From NCBI GenBank assembly GCA_964016885.1, contig OZ024741.1, positions 264,678,001 to 264,742,000 of the forward strand: 64,000 nt of DNA, in the 5' to 3' direction. The position numbers and the translations under genes are program-made. Below the pieces are notes generated by a model. It was not told the DNA's origin and made no database searches. It saw only the letters and a list, made by a program, of their open reading frames with translations. The stretch is from Eledone cirrhosa. Lineage: Eukaryota. Below are positions 57,410 through 64,000 of this stretch, piece by piece. How positions within the stretch are numbered: position 1 is the stretch's first letter; the number at the start of each line of letters is the position of its first letter.

Positions 57410-60400
57410 ATGTCTGTGTGTGTCTCTGTGTGTCTGTGTCTGTATGTGCCTGTGTGTGTCTTAGTATGTCTGTGTGTGTATGTGTGTGTCTGTGTGTGTC
57501 TGTGTGTCTGTCTGTGTCTGTGTGTGTCTGTGTTTGTCTGTCTGTGTCTGTGTGTCTGTGTGTCTCTGTCTGTGTCTGTGTGTGTGTATTTGCGTGTGTC
57601 TGTGTCTCTGTGTGTGACTGTGTGTGTCTGTGTTTGTCTGTCTGTGTCTGTGTGTGTCTGTGTGTGTCTGTGTGTGTCTGTGTGTGTCTGTGTGTGTCTG
57701 TGTGTGTCTGTGCCTGTGTGTGTCTGTGTATGTCTCTCTGTGTCTCTGTGTGTGTGTTTGTGTGTGTGTCTGTGTCTGTGTCTGTCTGTGCCTCTGTGTG
57801 TCTGTGTATGTCTCTCTGTCTCTCTGTGTGTGTCTGTGTCTGTCTGTGCCTCTGTGTGTCTGTGTATGTCTCTCTGTCTCTCTGTGTGTGTTTGTGTGTG
57901 TGTGTCTGTGTCTGTGTCTGTCTGTGCCTCTGTGTGTCTGTGTATGTCTCTCTGTGTCTCTGTGTGTGTGTTTGTGTGTGTGTGTCTGTGTCTGTGTCTG
58001 TCTGTGCCTCTGTGTGTCTGTGTATGTCTCTCTGTCTCTCTGTGTGTGTTTGTGTGTGTGTGTCTGTGTCTGTGCCTGTGTGTGTCTGTGTATGTCTCTC
58101 TGTCTGTGTGTGTGTGTTTGTGTGTGTGTGTCTGTGTCTGGGTCTGTCTGTGCCTGTGTATGTCTGGGTATGTCTCTCTGTGTCTGTGTGTGAGTATCTG
58201 TGTGTGTCTGTGTCTGTGTCTGTCTGAGTCTGTCTGTGTCTGTGTCTGTCTGTGCCTGTGTGTGTGTGTGGGTATGTCTCTCTGTGTCTCTGTGTGTGTC
58301 TGTGTGAGTATCTGTGTGTGTCTGTGTCTGTGTCTGTCTGTGTCTGTGTGTGTGGGGGTATGTATCTCTGTGTCTCTGTGTGTGTCTGTGTGAGTATCTG
58401 TGTGTGTCTGTGTCTGTGTCTGTCTGTGTCTGTGTGTGTGGGGGGTATGTCTCTCTGTGTCTCTGTGTGTGTCTATGTGTGTCTGTGTCTGTGTCTGTCT
58501 GTGCCTGTGTGTGTGGGGGTATGTATCTCTGTGTCTCTGTGTGTGTCTGTGTGAGTATCTGTGTGTGTCTGAGTCTGTGTCTGTCTGAGTCTGTCTGTGT
58601 CTGTGTCTGTCTGTGCCTGTGTGTGTGTCTGGGTATGTCTCTCTGTGTCTCTGTGTGTGTCTGTGTGTGTCTGTGTCTGTGTGTGTCTGTGTCTGTGTCT
58701 GTGTCTGTGTCTGTCTGTGCCTGTGTGTGTGGGGGTATGTATCTATGTGTCTCTGTGTGTATCTGTGTGAGTCTGTGTCTGTCTGCGTGTGTCTGTGTCT
58801 GTCTGTGCCTGTGTGTGTGGGGGTATGTATCTCTGTGTCTCTGTGTGTATTTGTGAGTCTGTGTCTGTCTGCGTGTGTGTGTATGTCTGTCTGTGTCTGT
58901 GTGTCTCTGTGTGGGTCTGAGAGTCTCTGTGTGTGTTTGTGTGTGTCTATGTATGTCTCTCTGTGTATGTGTGTCTCTGTGTGTGTCTGTCTGCACCTGT
59001 GTGTGTCTGTGTATGTCTCTGTGTGTGTATGTGTGTGTCTGTCTGTGTCTGTGTTTGTCTGTCTAAGCCTGTGTGTGTCTGTCTGTGTCTGTGTGTGCCT
59101 GTGTGTGTCTGTGTGTGTCTGTCTGTGTCTGTGTGTGACTGTGTGTGTCTGTGTGTGTCTGTGTGTGTCTGTGTGTGTCTGTCTGTGTCTGTGTGTGTCT
59201 GTCTGTGTGTGCCTGTGTGTGTCTGTGTGTCTCTGTGTGTCTGTGTGTGTCTGTGTGTCTGTCTGTGCCTGTGTGTGTGTGTGTGTGTGTATGTATGTGT
59301 CTGTGTGTGTCTGTCTGTGTATGTGTGTGTCTGTGTGTGTATGTGTGTGTGTGTGTGCCTGTGTGTGTCTGTGTGTCTGCCTGTGTCTGTGTGTGTCTGT
59401 GTTTGTCTGTCTGTGTCTGTGTGTGCCTGTGTGTGTCTGTGTGTGCCTGTGTTTGTCTGTCTGTGCCTGTGTGTGTCTGTGTGTGTCTGTATGTGCCTGT
59501 GTGTGCCTGTGTGTCTGTGTGTGTCAGTGTGTGACTGTGTGTGTCAGTGTGTGACTGTGTGTGTCTGTGTGTGCCTGTGTGTGTCTGTGTGTGTCTGTAT
59601 GTGCCTGTGTGTGCCTGTGTGTCTGTGTGTGACTGTGTGTGTCTGTGTGTGTCAGTGTGTGACTGTGTGTCTGTGTGTGCCTGTGTGTGTCCGTGTGTGT
59701 CTGTGTGTGCCTGTGTGTGCCTGTGTGTCTGTGTGTGTCAGTGTGTGACTGTGTGTGTCTGTGTGTATCAGTGTGTGACTGTGTGTGTCTGTCTGTCTGT
59801 CTGTGTCTGTGTGTGTCAGTGTGTGACTGTGTGTGTCTGTGTGTGTCAGTGTGTGTCTGTGTGTGACTGTGTGTCAGTGTGTGACTGTGTGTGTCTGTGT
59901 GTATCTATGTGTGACTGTGTGTGACTGTGTGTGTCTGTGTGTGTCAGTGTGTCAGTGTGTGATTGTGTGTGTCTGTGTGTGACTGTGTGTCTGTGTGTGT
60001 CAGTGTGTGACTGTGTATGACTGTGTGTGACTGTGTGTGTCTGTGTGTGACTGTGTGTGACTGTGTGTGTCTGTGTGTGTCTGTATGTGTCAGTGTGTAA
60101 CTGTGTGTCAGTGTGTGACTGTGTGTGTCAGTGTGTGACTGTGTGACTGTGTGTGTCTGTGTGTGACTGTGTGTGTCTGTATGTGTCAGTGTGTAACTGT
60201 GTGTCAGTGTGTGACTGTGTGTGTCAGTATGTGACTGTGTGTCTGTGTGTGTCAGTGTGTGACTGTGTGTGTCTGTGTGTCTGTCTGTGTATGTGTGTGT
60301 CAGTGTGTGACTGTGTGTGTCTGTGTGTGTCAGTGTGTGTCTGTGTGTAACTGTGTGTCAGTGTGTGACTGTGTGTGTCAGTATGTGACTGTGTGTCTGT

Positions 60401-61955
60401 GTGTGTCAGTGTGTGACTGTGTGTGTCTGTGTGTCTGTCTGTGTATGTGTGTGTCAGTGTGTGACTGTGTGTGTCTGTGTGTGTCAGTGTGTGTCTGTGT
60501 GTGACTGTGTGTCAGTGTGTGACTGTGTGTGTCTGTGTGTATCTATGTGTGACTGAGTGTGACTGTGTGTGTCTGTGTGTGTCAGTGTGTCAGTGTGTGA
60601 CTGTGTGTGTCAGTATGTGACTGTGTGTCTGTGTGTGTCAGTGTGTGACTGTGTGTGTCTGTGTGTGTCCGTGTGTGACTGTGTGTCTGTGTGTGTCAGT
60701 GGGTGACTGTGTGTGTCTGTGTGTGTCTGTATGTGTCAGTGTGTGACTGTGTGTGACTGGTGTCTATGTGTGTCAGTGTGTGACTGTGTGTGTCAGTGTG
60801 TGACTGTGTGTGAGTGTGTGACTCTGTGTCAGTGTGTGATTGTGTGTGTCTGTGTGTGACTGTGTGTCTGTGTGTGACTGTGTGTGGCTGTGTGTGGCTG
60901 TGTGTGTCTGTGTGTGTCAGTGTGTGACTGTGTGTGTCTGTGTGTGCCTGTGTGTGTCTATATATATCAGTGTGTGACTGTGTGTCAGTGTTTTGATTGT
61001 GTGTGTCTGTGTGTGTCTGTGTGTGACTGTGTGTGTCTGTGTGTGGCTGTGTGTGTCTGTGTGTGTCAGTGTGTCAGTGTGTGTCAGTGTGTGTCTGTGT
61101 GTGTCTGTGTGTGACTGTGTGTCAGTGTGTGTCTGTGTGTGTCTGTGTGTGACTGTGTGTCTGTGTGTGTCAGTGTGTGACTGTGTGTGTCTGTCTGTGT
61201 CTGTGTGTGACTGTGTGTGTCTGTGTGTGTCTGTATGTGTCTGTGTGTGTCTGTGTGTGACTGGTGTCTATGTGTGCCTGTGTGTGTCTGTGTGTGTCTG
61301 TGTGTGACTGGTGTCTATGTGTGTCTGTGTGTGTCTGTATGTGACTGTGTGTGTCTGTGTGTGACTGTGTGTGTCTGTGTGTGACTGTGTGTGCCTGTGT
61401 GTGTCTGTGTGTGTCTGTATGTGTCTGTGTGTCTCTGTGTGTGACTGGTGTCTATGTGTGTCTGTGTGTGTCTGTATGTGCCTGTGTGTGTCTGTGTGTG
61501 TCTGTATGTGTCTGTGTGTGTCTGTGTGTGACTGGTGTCTATGTGTGACAGTGTGTGTCTGTGTGTGTCAGTGTGTGACTGTGTGTGTCTGTATGTGTCT
61601 GTGTGTGTCTGTATGTGTCTGTGTGTGTCTGTGTGTGACTGGTGTCTATGTGTGTCAGTGTGTGTCTGTATGTGTCAGTGTGTGACTGTGTGTGTCTGTG
61701 TGTGTCTGTGTCTGTCTGTGTCTGTGTGTGTCTATGTGTGTCTGTGTGTGTCTGTGTGTGTATGTATGTGTCTGTATGTGTCAGTGTGTGTCTGTGTGTG
61801 TCAGTGTGTATCAGTGTGTGACTGTGTGTGTCTGGGTGTGTCTGTGTGTGTTTGTGTGTGACTGTGTGTGTCTGTGTGTGTCTGTGTGTGTCAGTGTGTG
61901 ACTGTGTGTGTCTGTGTGTCTCAGTGTGTGTCAGTGTGTGTCAGTGTGTGACTGT
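57410..61955. repeat. 4.5 kb (GT)n/(GTCT)/(GACT) compound microsatellite
   Basis: Seen directly. Confidence 0.95.
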
Positions 61956-62482
61956 GCTTTATGTATAGTACAGATCTATTTAATTACATAATTAACAACA
62001 CAATATAATTATTTCATTACCCAAGGTTTCAAGAAACTAGATGATTCTTGCAGTGAACATATCCAGTGCGTCAAACAAAATAAATATATTGATAATATTG
62101 TGTTGTTTATTATGTAAATATATATATATTTATATCTGGAGATGTCTCTGCACTTGTCGTCACATGGTACCATGGGCCCAGCACTATGTGTCAATAATTG
62201 TCACAAGTGTAGTGTTTGTACCAGAGTTTTCAAGTCGCTGGCTGGACTAAAAAGTCACACTCGTTCAGCCCATCGGTAGGGGTTCTCCTACATGGATATA
62301 AAGTAGTGGCCGTACTCGAAAACGAGTTGGCAGCCACACCATATATATATATATATATGTATATATAGTGGTAGAACACTGGAAGGTAATATCCTTAGTG
62401 GTAGAGCACTCAGTCCAAGGGACGAGTTAGGTAGAAGTGGTTACACAACAGTTAGTTCCCCATACCGAAAATAATTGTTTCA

Positions 62483-62526
<44 letters not shown>

Positions 62527-62598
62527 AATGAAAATGGCGTGCTGTGTTGTTGCAAATGTGATACATATGAATAAAAATTAGAAAAATAAGCCAGGACT

Positions 62599-62668
62599 AT
62601 CCATCATCAGTGATCTACTAGCCATCATAGGTATTTCTTCGCATTAAAGATCAGATACCTCAGGCTAG
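62599..62668 (-). ncRNA. K-turn-containing reverse-order hammerhead motif, best copy, in a (TA)n-flanked module ~62525-62765
   Basis: CTAGCC-TGA-GGTAT-C-TGATCT-TTAATGCGAA-GAAA-TACC-TAT-GA-T-GGCTAG-T-AGATCA-CTGATGA-T. Confidence 0.65.
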
Positions 62669-64000
62669 CGCGAACAATAACTAAAATATGTTATTGGGAT
62701 AAAAAGAATTGGGTAGAGAAAGAGAGACAGGTAAACAAACAAGAATGGTGAGGCAACGTAAAGAGAGGGAAAAAATGAGAAAATCATGTCAGTGATTCAT
62801 GTGAACATAAGAACTTGCGAATCTTTGACGAGAAGACGAAAGACAATATATATATATATATATTTTATATATATATATATGCAAACACACACACACACAT
62901 GCAAACATACATACATACACATATGCTCACAAAGAGACACGCAAAGTTCTTGTGTTGATAGGGAGCAAACACGCGGCCTTTGCACACTTTTTTCGGGGGT
63001 GTGTGCGACCCCCCAAGGCGCCTCCTCTCTATTGAGGATTTTGTTATAAATTTTATTTTTTGTTATATTTTATTTTATTTTTATATTTTGTTATTGCCTC
63101 CTCCTTATTGGGGACGCCTTTTTGTGTAAACTCCCCCCATTGTACTTGTCCCACTTTTGATGCCCTGGTGGCAAATAAAAGAAACATATCTATAAAGGAA
63201 GATATATATAGTAATGTGGTCCTAGAACGGCTACATCTGAATAATAGACCGGATGCTGTCAGTTGGAATGCTTTTCATCACAGCTGTCCGAGCAAGGTTG
63301 AGTTGAGGTTAAAAATCAACCGGAGAGACGACCCGTGATAAACTATGATAAAAATACGTGCAGCATAATATCTCTCCCTCTCTTTAAAAGTGCCTCCTCC
63401 AATATACAGCGGTTGCCGAAACTGGACCCCGAAACCAATGGTCGCATATACATGTTAAGTGTATGAAACTTTATTTATACTAAATAAGGTCTCTTGCAAC
63501 AGGTGCACTGTTTTCCTTTATCATTCATCTGCGGATTTCTGCACCCCACCCATAACTAACTTTGATAACTTTGATAGATTTCGGCCAGTATTGGCCTAGG
63601 CCATGTCTAACTTAATCGCACCACCTGGCAAACTCTTTCAAATCGGGATTTAGACACCATCACCTACCCAAGGAGAGAATTATTGTTTACGGTGACATAA
63701 CCGGGTGTATGATGTTTATCCGGGATTTCTTGGAAGAATTCGTCCAAAGTTCTTTTGGGGTCTGTTTTAATGTGTTTTAATGTGTTTTGTTAAAGAGAGC
63801 GGGACCAATTGAGTTGAAATAATTGTATCGTAGTTTTGTTATGAGATGTGAGTTTGATTTTTGCACGGGTTCCAAGCCTCTGGTGTACTTTGAAGATGAC
63901 GCCAACATCCTTTTGGCTATGCTGATGGAATATTTTCCACATCATTCAGATAATGTTTGAGCTATAAATATATTAATTACACACACACACAGAGTTATAT

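Noticed and set aside
62604-62665. Box C/D snoRNA interpretation of CUGA/AUGAUGG
   Set aside because: No upstream C box or terminal stem; the hammerhead pairing explains more conserved bases, though not formally excluded
63405-63960. Unique sequence starting TACAG, possible Tc1/mariner end
   Set aside because: No second TIR or transposase motif within the window

Overview
Very repeat-rich, AT-rich animal DNA, most likely a coleoid cephalopod (Octopus-type), inferred from the tRNA-derived SINE family and microsatellite load. No host protein-coding gene can be supported, and nearly all long ORFs in the track are microsatellite translations. The window holds (TA)n, (GT)n, (CAA)n, (TAG)n and (GAT)n microsatellites, minisatellites, about 20 SINE copies, RTE, CRE and R4/Dong LINE fragments, and a 5'-truncated, 5'-inverted Penelope-like element (RT plus GIY-YIG). 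The main signal is a set of short modules inserted into (TA)n, many as fold-backs. They carry hammerhead ribozyme (HHR) motifs from about 10 distinct families. Two structures appear undescribed to me. (1) An HHR whose three core strands lie in reversed, non-circularly-permuted order, with a canonical kink-turn extending stem III and compensatory changes between copies. (2) A bulged RCUC/GAGY hairpin that starts the 3' tail in five otherwise dissimilar HHR families. All structures were folded by eye and boundaries are approximate.
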